Below the pieces are notes generated by a model. It saw only the letters and a list, made by a program, of their open reading frames with translations, was not told where the DNA came from and did not search any database. A program made the position numbers and the translations under genes. From Candidatus Obscuribacteraceae bacterium (GTDB taxonomy: Bacteria > Cyanobacteriota > Vampirovibrionia > Obscuribacterales > Obscuribacteraceae), in NCBI GenBank assembly GCA_044226015.1, contig JBGAHS010000001.1, positions 1,216,001 to 1,280,000 on the forward strand: DNA of 64,000 nt. Direction: 5' to 3'. Of the stretch, positions 9,722 through 19,973 are shown one piece after another (the first letter of the stretch is position 1; every line of letters starts with the position of its first letter).

Positions 9722-11074
9722 TTATGTCTGGTTGTTGTTCGCAAGAGGCTGCGATTGCACCGCTTCGCCTTCCTGGAGATCGTCAGAGGGGCTAACAACA
9801 ACTGTTTCGCCGCCGCTTAATCCAACTCTGATTTCTACCTCATCACCGTAATCGCGGCCCATTGTTATTGGTTGATAATGAGCCTTGCCATCTTTCACTG
9901 TGACAACATACAAACCATCCGTGCGTGTAACTATTGTGGTGCCCGGAACGCGAATCCAAGGTTCTGAACGTAAGGTGCCGAGCTTAATTTCGGCATACAT
10001 GCCAGGCAGAAGTGTGTGGTCTTTGTTTTCGATTTTTATTTCTGTTTGTCTGGTTCTTGTATTTGGGTCGAGCGCTCCACTAACGTTTGTCACCTTGCCT
10101 TCGAATTTTCGCTCTGGATATTCTGGCACCAGAATGTCCGCTGTCATGCCGTTGTGCAGATATCTTGCAACTCGCTGTGGAACACTGACGTAAATTCTCA
10201 GTGAGTCGATTTTTGCCATTTGATAAAGCTCGAGATTGCTTGACTGGCTACCTTTTGTAATGAGAGCTCCCGGGTCTACTTTACGCAGAGTGATGATTCC
10301 GTCGAAGGGAGCTAGAACTCTCTGGAAACCTTTTTCTGCAATGTACTTATCAACATCTGCCTGCTTTGCAAGAATGTTTGCTTTCGCTTCTTTGACCTCG
10401 GCCTTTGAAGCTTCTACTTGAGCGACAGCTGCTTTGTAATTAGCCTTTTGTTCATCTAATTCTGCTGTCGTGGTGTCAAGCGAGCGAACCTTTTCGTCGC
10501 GTGATTGCTGACTGACCGACCCTCTTTCGCACATGTCTTGCCAGCGTTTTGCTGTGATGGTGGCATACGCGACGTTGGCTTTTGACTTAGTTACAGCGGC
10601 TTCAGCCGTGTATTGTTTTGCAACCGATTCCTTTAGGTTTGCTTCCGACGTTTCGTAGGCAGCCTTCGCTTTTAGCAGGTCGGCTTGTGCCTGTTTGAGA
10701 TCCTCATCCACCGTTGGCGTATCTATAAGCGCGATGAGTTCGCCTTTCTTGACCTGATCTCCTATGTCTACAACTCGTTCGGTGAGGTAGCCGTCGACTC
10801 TAGCGTAGATTGTCGTATACTGTATTGCGCCTATGTTTCCCGGCAGTGTAATTGCTTCAGTATGGTTTGCTGGCGCCGCAGTCACCGTATGGACGATAGG
10901 AACTGCGTCCACAGTTTCAGCATGAGCCTTTTTCAGCTCACCCTCACGTTCGATTTTGGGAATCAGCCCCAGAGCAAACAAGGCTCCCAGTCCTATCACC
11001 AGAATAACGAGAAAAATTACCACTCCTGCGGAACTCTTCTTTTCTGGTCTGCTGTTGTATTGGTCCTCTGGCAT
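9722..11074 (-). CDS. RND efflux periplasmic adaptor (MFP)
   Basis: IYARVDGYL..VDIGDQVKKG, APFDGIITLRKVDPGALI, LDPNTRT..LLPGMYA. Confidence 0.92.
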   Translation of the reverse strand: MPEDQYNSRPEKKSSAGVVIFLVILVIGLGALFALGLIPKIEREGELKKAHAETVDAVPIVHTVTAAPANHTEAITLPGNIGAIQYTTIYARVDGYLTERVVDIGDQVKKGELIALIDTPTVDEDLKQAQADLLKAKAAYETSEANLKESVAKQYTAEAAVTKSKANVAYATITAKRWQDMCERGSVSQQSRDEKVRSLDTTTAELDEQKANYKAAVAQVEASKAEVKEAKANILAKQADVDKYIAEKGFQRVLAPFDGIITLRKVDPGALITKGSQSSNLELYQMAKIDSLRIYVSVPQRVARYLHNGMTADILVPEYPERKFEGKVTNVSGALDPNTRTRQTEIKIENKDHTLLPGMYAEIKLGTLRSEPWIRVPGTTIVTRTDGLYVVTVKDGKAHYQPITMGRDYGDEVEIRVGLSGGETVVVSPSDDLQEGEAVQSQPLANNNQT

Positions 11075-11122
11075 ATTGCCCTCTTCTTCAATCGTGGTGT
11101 GGAACTTGACTCGCTTCTAAAA

Positions 11123-14100
11123 TCATTCGCTTGGATGTGCCACCTCTGCTGTTGGCGCAGGTTTGTTGTGTTGCCTTCTCATCAGGCTGAAAATTAGAGG
11201 AACAAAAAATAGTGTCGAGAAGGTTGCGACCATCAACCCGCCGATGACAGCGCGCCCGATTGGTGCGTTCTGAGAGCCGCCCTGACCGCCCCCGATAGCC
11301 ATTGGAATCATTCCTATTATCATTGCCGTTGCGGTCATCATAACCGGGCGGAAGCGCTGATAACCGGCGTTCAGTGCAGCGTTGAATCCGTCGTAACCCT
11401 CAGCGCGCTGTTCGTTTGCAAACGTGACCATAAGAATACTGTTAGCAGAAGCAACCCCAATGGTCATGATTGTGCCCATCAGAGCTGGAATGCTGAAGGT
11501 CGTTTGCGTGACGTACAAGCTCCACAAAATGCCAGAGAAGGCGCCAGGAATAGCCATCAAAATTATGAGCGGGTCGGTCCATGATTGGAAATTCACAACG
11601 AGTAGGAGGTAAACGAGCACCATTGCAAAGATTAGTCCAAAGAGCAAAGCCTCGAAAGCTGTAACCATGCTCTTCACCTGACCGCCCATTTCCAGAAAGC
11701 TTCCGCGTGGAAGATTCGGGCGAAACTCTTGCATAACTTTCTTTATATCGCGAGCGACACCGCCGAGGTCACGGTCCTGGCAAGCGGCGTACACATCATA
11801 GACTGGTTGCGCATTTAAGTGATTCACTACCTGCGGTGTTGCCTTGCGCTCAGGAACTGCCACGTTGGTGAGCATTTCAGGCTGGAATTTTTCAGATTGC
11901 TTTGCCATAGCATCCGCCTGGTTGCCCGCCTGTGGCGTGACCGCCATGGTTCGCAGAACATCCAGAGAGTTATTCACGTACTGAGGCGTGTACGCGGCCA
12001 TGTTGTAGTTTACGCCATTCTTGGTATTGAGCCAGAAATTTGGTGCAACCTGGAAGCTATTGCTCAAGGTTACAAGCGCAGAATTTGAGATATCCTTTTG
12101 CGTCAGCCCAAGTTGATTTGCTCTGGTCCGGTCAACATTGTAGACGTACTGCGGTGCGTTTACAATTTGATGAACGCAGACATCGACGGCGCCAGGAATT
12201 TTTGCCACTCTTCGTTTGAGTTCTTGAGCAACCTTGTAGTTCTTCTCTGGGTCAAGCCCCGTGAGTCTTATGTCGATTGGTGCTGGCAATCCTGCGTTGA
12301 GAATTTGCGTGACGATATCCGCAGGTTGGAAATAATAGGTAACTTCTGGAAAGTCGTGTGTCAGCATTTTGCGAACTTGTTTTTGATACCAGACCGTATC
12401 GTGCTTCCTTTCTTCGGTTAGTGAAACCAGTATTTCGCCATCGGCTTCGCTTACTGTCTGACAATCAGAGAAGGCATAGTTAATGCCGCTTACAGGCATA
12501 CCGATGTTATCGGTGACCATGATGATTTCTTCTGCAGGAATGATTTTTCTAATTGCAGCTTCAATGCGCTTATAAATACGTTCGGTTTCTTCGACTCTCG
12601 TTCCTGGTCGAGCGTTGACGTGAAGCCTTAGCTGCCCCGCATCAATTGCTGGGAAGAAGTCCTCCCCGATGTGAGGTAGCAAAAAGAAGGAAATTGCGTA
12701 GAAGCCAAGGAAAAGTCCAAGCCCGATGGCGGGTCTGTGTAGCATCCACTCCAGCCCGTGCCGATAGATTTCGCGTGCGTGCTCAAACCTATCATCTATG
12801 AATTTGTGAATGGCTCCAAAAAAGGATATTTTCTTTGGACCCGGTTCATGCTTTTGCTCATGCTCATGGGCAAGCAAGGCTTTCGACATCAGCGGTACAA
12901 CGGTTCTCGACAGTCCATAAGATGCGAGCATCGCGAACACGACAGCCATTCCTAACGGCACGAAAAGTGAGCGCGAAGGCTCTGTCAAAAACACGACTGG
13001 CACAAACACAATACAAATTGACAAGGTGGACACCATCGCAGGTAGTGCCACTTGTTCTGCCCCGTCAAGAATCGCTTTGACGATGTCTTTACCCATATCC
13101 ATATTGCGGTGAACGTTTTCAATTTCAACTGTCGCGTCATCAACGAGCATGCCTACTGCCAGAGCAAGCCCGCCCAGAGTCATAGAATTGATAGTCTGAC
13201 CGCAAATATGCATACCTATAATTGAACAGAGCATTGCTAGCGGAATTGATGTCGCAACAATGAGTGTGCTGCGCCAACTGCCGAGCAGCGCTAACATCAT
13301 CAACGCCGTCAAGCCCGCTGCTGTAACCGCTTCTCTTATTACGTCAGCAACGCACTCTTTTACAAAAACGGACTGGTCTGTCATCAGGGAAATCTGGCAT
13401 TCTTTAGGAACTATCGCCTGAATTCGTGGAAGGGCTTCTTTGATTCGATTTACAACTGCCAATGTCGAAGCATCCCCGTTTTTGAGAATGCTGAATAAAA
13501 CCGCTCTGCGCCCATCTTTATTGACGATATTCAGCTGCGGCTGGTAGCCATCATGAGCGTTAGCCACATCTCTGACAAAAACAACAGCACCCTTGTATGA
13601 CTTGATGGGAATTTGGTTCAGCTGCTCGATGGCATTCGGAATATTGTTCAAGGTCATTATGTACTCATACGTTCCCATCTTTGCTGTTCCGCTGGGAGCG
13701 ATGATGCTCTGGTTGTTGATTGCTTGAACTACATCATTGGCAGACAATCCTGTGGCAACTAATGCTGCTGGATTCAAATCGATCATGACCTGCCTGTATT
13801 TACCGCCCGAGGGGAAGGGGATTGTTGCCCCTTGGATTGTTGCCAACTGCAGTCGTACGAAGTTCTGTGCGATGTCGAATAGCTGTGCTTCGGAGAGTGT
13901 TTTGCTTCCAATCTGTAATTGCAAGACTGGCACATCTGTTGCGCTTGAAACTGTGACGAATGGTGGTGTTATGGACGGTGGCAGGTAGTTGATGACCGCG
14001 TTGCCGACAGATGTCACCATTGCGACGGCTTCACCAATATCGGTGCCTTTGTGCAAGTAAATCTTGATGACCGACATTCCGCTGAGAGACATCGACTCCA

Positions 14101-14341
14101 TGCGCTCAATGCCGTTTACCGTTGAAGTGAGCCATGTTTCTGTAACTGTTGTTACCAGGTTTTCCACGTAATACGGCGACATGCCTGTATAGGTCCAGAT
14201 GCAGCTTACGATAGGTACATCGATTGTCGGAAAGATGTCCACCGCCATTTGCGCCAGCGATAGAACGCCGAAGATTGCAATGGACAACGCCATAACAATG
14301 AAGGTATGCGGTCTAGTCAGGGCAAGCTCAACAATCCACAT
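11123..14341 (-). CDS. AcrB/NolG-like RND permease, paralog 2
   Basis: 1072 aa; TINSMTLGGLALAVGMLVDDATVEIEN, RFRPVMMTATAMIIGMIP. Confidence 0.93.
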   Translation of the reverse strand: MWIVELALTRPHTFIVMALSIAIFGVLSLAQMAVDIFPTIDVPIVSCIWTYTGMSPYYVENLVTTVTETWLTSTVNGIERMESMSLSGMSVIKIYLHKGTDIGEAVAMVTSVGNAVINYLPPSITPPFVTVSSATDVPVLQLQIGSKTLSEAQLFDIAQNFVRLQLATIQGATIPFPSGGKYRQVMIDLNPAALVATGLSANDVVQAINNQSIIAPSGTAKMGTYEYIMTLNNIPNAIEQLNQIPIKSYKGAVVFVRDVANAHDGYQPQLNIVNKDGRRAVLFSILKNGDASTLAVVNRIKEALPRIQAIVPKECQISLMTDQSVFVKECVADVIREAVTAAGLTALMMLALLGSWRSTLIVATSIPLAMLCSIIGMHICGQTINSMTLGGLALAVGMLVDDATVEIENVHRNMDMGKDIVKAILDGAEQVALPAMVSTLSICIVFVPVVFLTEPSRSLFVPLGMAVVFAMLASYGLSRTVVPLMSKALLAHEHEQKHEPGPKKISFFGAIHKFIDDRFEHAREIYRHGLEWMLHRPAIGLGLFLGFYAISFFLLPHIGEDFFPAIDAGQLRLHVNARPGTRVEETERIYKRIEAAIRKIIPAEEIIMVTDNIGMPVSGINYAFSDCQTVSEADGEILVSLTEERKHDTVWYQKQVRKMLTHDFPEVTYYFQPADIVTQILNAGLPAPIDIRLTGLDPEKNYKVAQELKRRVAKIPGAVDVCVHQIVNAPQYVYNVDRTRANQLGLTQKDISNSALVTLSNSFQVAPNFWLNTKNGVNYNMAAYTPQYVNNSLDVLRTMAVTPQAGNQADAMAKQSEKFQPEMLTNVAVPERKATPQVVNHLNAQPVYDVYAACQDRDLGGVARDIKKVMQEFRPNLPRGSFLEMGGQVKSMVTAFEALLFGLIFAMVLVYLLLVVNFQSWTDPLIILMAIPGAFSGILWSLYVTQTTFSIPALMGTIMTIGVASANSILMVTFANEQRAEGYDGFNAALNAGYQRFRPVMMTATAMIIGMIPMAIGGGQGGSQNAPIGRAVIGGLMVATFSTLFFVPLIFSLMRRQHNKPAPTAEVAHPSE

Positions 14342-14342
14342 G

Positions 14343-17300
14343 CTAGACTCCTCCTTCCGTAATTGTCGTGTTGGCTTTTGTCTTGGTGCCTTTTCTCGTC
14401 AGGCTGAATATGAGAGGCACAAATAAGAGTGTCGAAAAGGTCGCAACGCTTAACCCGCCGATAACTGCGCGACCAATAGGGGCGTTTTGTGAGCCGCCTT
14501 CTCCCGCGCCGATAGCCATCGGAATCATACCGATTATCATTGCAGTGGCGGTCATGATGACTGGGCGAAACCGCTGGTAGCCCGCGTTCAATGCTGCGTT
14601 GAACCCGTCGTAGCCTTCATCGCGCTGCTCGTTTGCGAAAGTTACCATCAAAATGCTGTTTGCCGATGCTACGCCAATAGTCATTATTGCTCCCATTAGA
14701 GCTGGAATGCTGAAGGTCGTTTGTGTGATGAAGAGGCTCCACACAATGCCGCTGAGAGCACCAGGAATCGCCATCAATATGATTAGCGGGTCTGTCCAAG
14801 ATTGGAAATTCACAACCAGAAGTAAATACACCAATAGAACAGCGAAGGCTAAGCCGCCGAGTAGGGCAATAAAAGCCATGTTCATGCTGAAGACTTGACC
14901 TGCCAGGAAAATGAAAGAGCCGCGTACGTTGTTCTTGGTTGCCTCGGCTTTGTGCTTTTCCACTATGGCGCGTATGTCTTTTGAAACGGCTCCTAAATCG
15001 CGGTCCTGACAGTCTGCGTAAATGTCATAGCAGGGCTGTACATTTAAATGATTTATGACGATCGGGGTAGTGCTGCGCACTGGTACAGCTAAGTTTGTCA
15101 GTACGGGGGGCTGTTCGGGAATCTGAGTTTGGGTCGGCTGGGTAGGGTTGATCGGCAGAACTCTCAGGTCATCTATCTTGCTCATTCGGTATGGTGGCAC
15201 GATGGTTGAGAGATTGTAATTGATTCTATTCTTTGTATTTAGCCAGAAGTTTGGTGAGGTCTGAAAGCTTGAACTCAAAGAAGTGAGCAGCGAAGTTGAG
15301 ATGTCCTTCTGGGTGACGCCCATTTGTTGTGCGCGTGTCCTATCAACTTTCCATTCCATGTGGGGTCCGTTGTTTATTTGATGAAGGCAAACATCGCAGG
15401 CACCGACAACCTGCTGAATTTCCTTCTTCATTTTCAATGCAAGATTGTAGTTGTGTTCCCTGTTCATGCCAAAGACTTTAACGTCGATTGGTGCGGGCAT
15501 ACCTGCGTTTAGAATTTGGGTGACGATATCAGCTGGCTGGAAGTAGAATGTCAATTCTGGAAACTCATCTTTCATGAGCTTGCGAACTTTCTTTTGATAC
15601 CACGATGTTCTGTGAGGGCGCTTTTCTGCGAGGCTTACGATAATTTCTCCATCTGATTCGCCCACTGTCTGGCTGTCCGACAGGGAGTAATTGATGGCAC
15701 TTACTGGAAGCCCGATGTTGTCTATGATTGATTCTATTTCTTCCGAGGAGAAGGTCTTACGAATCGCCTGCTCGACTTTTTTGAATTCTCGCTCTGTTTG
15801 CTCCAGTCGTGTTCCGGGTTTCGCATTTACGTGCAGTCTGAGCTGCCCTCCGTCGATTGTAGGGAAGTAGTCTTCACCTATTGTGGGAATCAAACAGAAG
15901 GACAACGCGTAGAAGACCAAAAAGATTGTCACTACAACTGGTGCGTTATGAAGCGCTAGTTCCAAAACAGATTTGTAGCGTTCTCGCAGCATTTCGAAAG
16001 TGCCATCAATAGCAAGGTGGATTTTTCGGAAGAAACCCGGTTCTTTTGTGCTCTGTTCTTCTCCTGCTCCATGATGTTCTTTCGCCAGCAACGCTTTAGA
16101 CATCAAGGGCACCACAGTGCGCGATAGCCCATATGAAGCCATCATGGCGATGGTCACTGCCATGCCCAGCGGCACAAAGAGTGAGCGTGAGGGCTCTGTC
16201 AAGAAAACCAGCGGAACAAATACGATACAAATCGACATCGTCGAAACCAGTGCGGGCACTGCGACTTGTTGTGCTCCGTCGAGGATAGCTGTAGTGATGT
16301 CTTTGCCCATAGCCATGTTTCGATGGACGTTTTCAATTTCCACTGTGGCATCGTCTACCAACATGCCGACCGCCAACGCAAGCCCACCCAGTGTCATCGA
16401 ATTGATTGTTTGTCCAAAAACGTTCAGACCTATGATTGCTGAAAGAATAGCCAGTGGAATTGATGTTGCAACAATCAATGTGCTGCGCCAGCTTCCCAGA
16501 AGAGCCAAGATCATGAGAGCCGTCAGCCCTGCCGCTGTTATCGCTTCTCGAACTACTTCGGACACGCATTCACGCACGAATGTCGATTGGTCTGTCAAAA
16601 TTTCAATGCGACAATCTTTCGGCACCAATTCGCGCAGGCGAGGCAGCATTCCTTTTAGCTGATTCACAACAGTTAGCGTCGAAGCTTTGCCACTCTTCAA
16701 AATGTTGAACATTACAGAGCGCTTGCCGTTTATGTTTACGATGTTTAGCTGAGGCTGATTACCGTCATGTACATTGGCTACATCTTTCAAAAAGACTACC
16801 GACCCTTTGTACGATTTTACCGGTATTTGGTTGAGCTTTTCGATTGAGTCTGGAATGTCGTTCAGGGTGACAATGTACTCGAATGATCCCATCTTCTGTG
16901 TGCCACTGGGATGCAAGACATTTTGTGAATTGATTACGTTGACGATAGCTGCTGGCGAAAGTCCTGTCGCATAGAGCGCTTGTGGGTTGAGGTCAACCAT
17001 GACCTGCCGATATTTTCCACCATAGGGAAATGGAATTCTGGCACCCTGCACCGTTGACAGTTGTCCCCTGATGAGATTATTCGCAATGTCAAACAAGACC
17101 GACTCGCTCAGAGAGTCGCTTTGAATTCCAAGCTGCAAAACAGGCACATCTGTTGCGCTCGATGCTGTCACAAATGGTGCGTTCAAACCACGGGGCAGCT
17201 GACGCAAGATTGCAGTGCCTACTGCTTCTACCATGGCGACGTTTTCGCCGATGTTTACTCCCTTATTTAAGTAGACCTTGATTACAGAGATTCCTGCAAG

Positions 17301-17555
17301 GTTTACAGACTCCATTCTTTGAATGCCGTTAACTGTAGAGGTCAGAGCTCGCTCATCAACAGTGGTAATCAGGTTTTCCATGAAGTATGGAGCCATTCCG
17401 ATATAAGTCCAGGCGCAGCTTACAATTGGAATATCGATTACTGGAAAAATGTCTACAGCCATTTTTGAAATGGAAATGACGCCGAACAGCAGAATGGTGA
17501 TCGCCATTGAAATAAATGTATAAGGCTTTGTGAGCGCTATTTGAACGATCCACAT
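14343..17555 (-). CDS. AcrB/NolG-like RND permease, paralog 1
   Basis: 1070 aa; same motifs, collinear with the downstream paralog. Confidence 0.93.
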   Translation of the reverse strand: MWIVQIALTKPYTFISMAITILLFGVISISKMAVDIFPVIDIPIVSCAWTYIGMAPYFMENLITTVDERALTSTVNGIQRMESVNLAGISVIKVYLNKGVNIGENVAMVEAVGTAILRQLPRGLNAPFVTASSATDVPVLQLGIQSDSLSESVLFDIANNLIRGQLSTVQGARIPFPYGGKYRQVMVDLNPQALYATGLSPAAIVNVINSQNVLHPSGTQKMGSFEYIVTLNDIPDSIEKLNQIPVKSYKGSVVFLKDVANVHDGNQPQLNIVNINGKRSVMFNILKSGKASTLTVVNQLKGMLPRLRELVPKDCRIEILTDQSTFVRECVSEVVREAITAAGLTALMILALLGSWRSTLIVATSIPLAILSAIIGLNVFGQTINSMTLGGLALAVGMLVDDATVEIENVHRNMAMGKDITTAILDGAQQVAVPALVSTMSICIVFVPLVFLTEPSRSLFVPLGMAVTIAMMASYGLSRTVVPLMSKALLAKEHHGAGEEQSTKEPGFFRKIHLAIDGTFEMLRERYKSVLELALHNAPVVVTIFLVFYALSFCLIPTIGEDYFPTIDGGQLRLHVNAKPGTRLEQTEREFKKVEQAIRKTFSSEEIESIIDNIGLPVSAINYSLSDSQTVGESDGEIIVSLAEKRPHRTSWYQKKVRKLMKDEFPELTFYFQPADIVTQILNAGMPAPIDVKVFGMNREHNYNLALKMKKEIQQVVGACDVCLHQINNGPHMEWKVDRTRAQQMGVTQKDISTSLLTSLSSSFQTSPNFWLNTKNRINYNLSTIVPPYRMSKIDDLRVLPINPTQPTQTQIPEQPPVLTNLAVPVRSTTPIVINHLNVQPCYDIYADCQDRDLGAVSKDIRAIVEKHKAEATKNNVRGSFIFLAGQVFSMNMAFIALLGGLAFAVLLVYLLLVVNFQSWTDPLIILMAIPGALSGIVWSLFITQTTFSIPALMGAIMTIGVASANSILMVTFANEQRDEGYDGFNAALNAGYQRFRPVIMTATAMIIGMIPMAIGAGEGGSQNAPIGRAVIGGLSVATFSTLLFVPLIFSLTRKGTKTKANTTITEGGV

Positions 17556-17565
17556 TCGCGCATCC

Positions 17566-19362
17566 TCATTGTCTTAACGGCGACGTGGCTATCAATGTTG
17601 GAACCGAAATTTTTCCAACGGCTCTCAATAGTTCTGCTTCTGCGGTGTTGAACTGAATAATTGCGTCGGCTTTATCAACAAGCGCGGAGGTGTAATCTCT
17701 TTGAGCGTTGACGACGTCTAGGTTTGTGCCCACGCCATTTTCAAGACGGTCTTTTGCTACGCGCAATTGTTCTTTTGATGATTCCACTGTGGAAGTTGTC
17801 TCGATGATCAAATTCTCTGCAGTGATTATGTTCAAATATGCATCATGAACTTGCTTGTAGACGCGATTTAGCTCTTTGAGAAACTCAAGTTGTCTCTTTC
17901 TTGCTTCAGCCCTGGCTGCGTTGATTTGCCCGATAGTCGTGAGACCCGCCCCGCCAATTTGCCATTGCATGTCTACGCCTATAACGTAGAGAGCGCGTCC
18001 AGATTTATGTCTTTCTCCCGAGCTAGAGCCGGTACCCGCCGGCAACCCTGAGGCACCAGAGACACCTCCTACTGAGGCACCACCTGAAGTGGCGAACGGC
18101 ACTTGCGACGCATTGCTGCCCGATGAGATGCGGGCAGATGTGCCAACTATGCTACCCAGCGCTTGAATTTGTGGCAGTAGCGGTGCTTTTGCTACTTTAA
18201 TCGATTCAATTGCAGCCAGGCGTAGCTCTTCATATCGCTTTAGTTCGGGTCGATTGTCGACAGCCATTTGAAGCAAATCTTTTATGCCCAGATTGCCATC
18301 AACCAGTCGAATCTTCTTTATTTGCGGATTGCCGAGCGTGAAGTCGGTCATGCCGTTTTCATTGATGATTTCAGCAAGTTTCACTGCTGATTCTCTGCGT
18401 GCGACCTGCTGTTTTATAAGAGCTTGTCTGTCTCGACTGAGCTGCGTTTTTGCTTGCAGTACTTCAAGCATAGTGTTCACACCATTAGCGTACAGGTCTT
18501 TATTTATGAGCAAAAGTGCTTCTGATGTTTCAACTGTTTTGATTTTGATCTGCAGCTTAACTTCGTTGAGTGCCAGTTCGTAGTACCTTTTGGCGGTTTC
18601 ATACAACTCATCATTTGTCGCGAGTTTTACGCCATGCTGTGCTGCTTTATAGTTATGCTTGTTTTCCAAATAGGTGTGGATGACGCTACCACCGCGATAG
18701 AGATTTTGCGCAAAACTACTATTTGTGTTGAGATAGTAATTTTGAATGGGAATGTTTGCGCCTGCGGGGCTGATGTAATTTCCCGTGATGCCCTGATAGG
18801 TGACTTCATTTGAAAGGGTTGGCAAAAATCCGCCGATCGAACTGAAAAGCAACCACTTCTTCTGGTCTGCTTCAGTTGTTGCCAGTTTGATTGTCAGGTT
18901 TTGCCCGTAAGTCTGATTGAGAACGTCGGCTAGTGAAATTGCGCGCGACCCGGTTGACTCAATTGAGTAGGGGTTCAGCTTTTCGTTCAAAGTAATTAAC
19001 GCAGTCAATAGAGGCGGCTTGACAATAACTTGTTCAGGGTCAATGAACATCGAGCCCATGCTCTTGATTGAATCTTCTACGATGGTGTCAAGCTTCTCTG
19101 AGGCCGCCCGAGCTGCTGGAGTTTCTTTTGAGTCGATTGGAGACGGAGTTGGCATGCCCTGAGTGTTGGGCGGCAACGGACCCTTTAGAACGTTTGGAGT
19201 GGGCAGCGAGCCTCTGCCGCTGTTATCAAGAATCTGGTCTGGTGGCACTATGCGCTCACCATCCGCAAGGGCGGGGGCTGCGAAGAGCCCGCTAGACAAG
19301 AGAAAAGCGGCAATTAAAGGCGTAAACTTGATACTATCGGACAGCATGCGGGATTCCTGCAA
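17566..19362 (-). CDS. TolC-family outer membrane efflux protein
   Basis: Signal peptide; two OEP repeats (NGVNTMLEVLQA, NGVGTNLDVVNAQ). Confidence 0.9.
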   Translation of the reverse strand: MQESRMLSDSIKFTPLIAAFLLSSGLFAAPALADGERIVPPDQILDNSGRGSLPTPNVLKGPLPPNTQGMPTPSPIDSKETPAARAASEKLDTIVEDSIKSMGSMFIDPEQVIVKPPLLTALITLNEKLNPYSIESTGSRAISLADVLNQTYGQNLTIKLATTEADQKKWLLFSSIGGFLPTLSNEVTYQGITGNYISPAGANIPIQNYYLNTNSSFAQNLYRGGSVIHTYLENKHNYKAAQHGVKLATNDELYETAKRYYELALNEVKLQIKIKTVETSEALLLINKDLYANGVNTMLEVLQAKTQLSRDRQALIKQQVARRESAVKLAEIINENGMTDFTLGNPQIKKIRLVDGNLGIKDLLQMAVDNRPELKRYEELRLAAIESIKVAKAPLLPQIQALGSIVGTSARISSGSNASQVPFATSGGASVGGVSGASGLPAGTGSSSGERHKSGRALYVIGVDMQWQIGGAGLTTIGQINAARAEARKRQLEFLKELNRVYKQVHDAYLNIITAENLIIETTSTVESSKEQLRVAKDRLENGVGTNLDVVNAQRDYTSALVDKADAIIQFNTAEAELLRAVGKISVPTLIATSPLRQ

Positions 19363-19496
19363 TCTTCAGAGCACATTGTCCCATAGAAGCTAGATACTAT
19401 AAATCTGGAAACCCTGATTATTACATAGCCATTCAAAGTTCGACTTTCTTAATGGTGGTATTATATAGTTTGAATCTACCTTTTTCTTAAACTCAG

Positions 19497-19973
19497 ATGC
19501 GCCAAATTCTAGCCATTTTCCTTGTTGCGATTGCCTTTCTGCTGTTCGGTCTCGGAATTGGCGTCGCCTTTGGATCTCAGATGAAGTCAGCCTTCTTTGC
19601 AAAAGTTCCGTGGGCGGTTGGAATGGAGAAGGACAAGAATGCTGCATTTGAACTTTATGACTACCCGACAATAAAGTGGCGGGCAAAACCGCTCGATGCC
19701 AACGGCGCGATAGTTCAATTGTGGACTCGTTATGAAAACGACGGCGGCAAAGATGCAAATGGCAAAATGAATTACAAATTGACTGTGTTCAAGGCGCCGG
19801 ACAAAACAAATTGTGAAATTCAGTTGCTAGACGATATGGGTTTCAAATTAGCTCAGTTCGATGCGAGTGACTTTCATCAGTTGCCTGGAGCTGCAGATAT
19901 CACAGAATCACGAGATAGCTTTCAGGTAAGCGAAGACATTTACAGAAAAGTGCGCGACTACTCCATCAAATAA
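19497..19973 (+). CDS. Hypothetical membrane-anchored protein
   Basis: 158-aa ORF with N-terminal TM segment; abuts the next gene. Confidence 0.7.
   Translation: MRQILAIFLVAIAFLLFGLGIGVAFGSQMKSAFFAKVPWAVGMEKDKNAAFELYDYPTIKWRAKPLDANGAIVQLWTRYENDGGKDANGKMNYKLTVFKAPDKTNCEIQLLDDMGFKLAQFDASDFHQLPGAADITESRDSFQVSEDIYRKVRDYSIK

Noticed and set aside
1646..19393. Numerous 60-230 aa ORFs overlapping the transporter genes
   Set aside because: Shadow frames of long, motif-bearing genes
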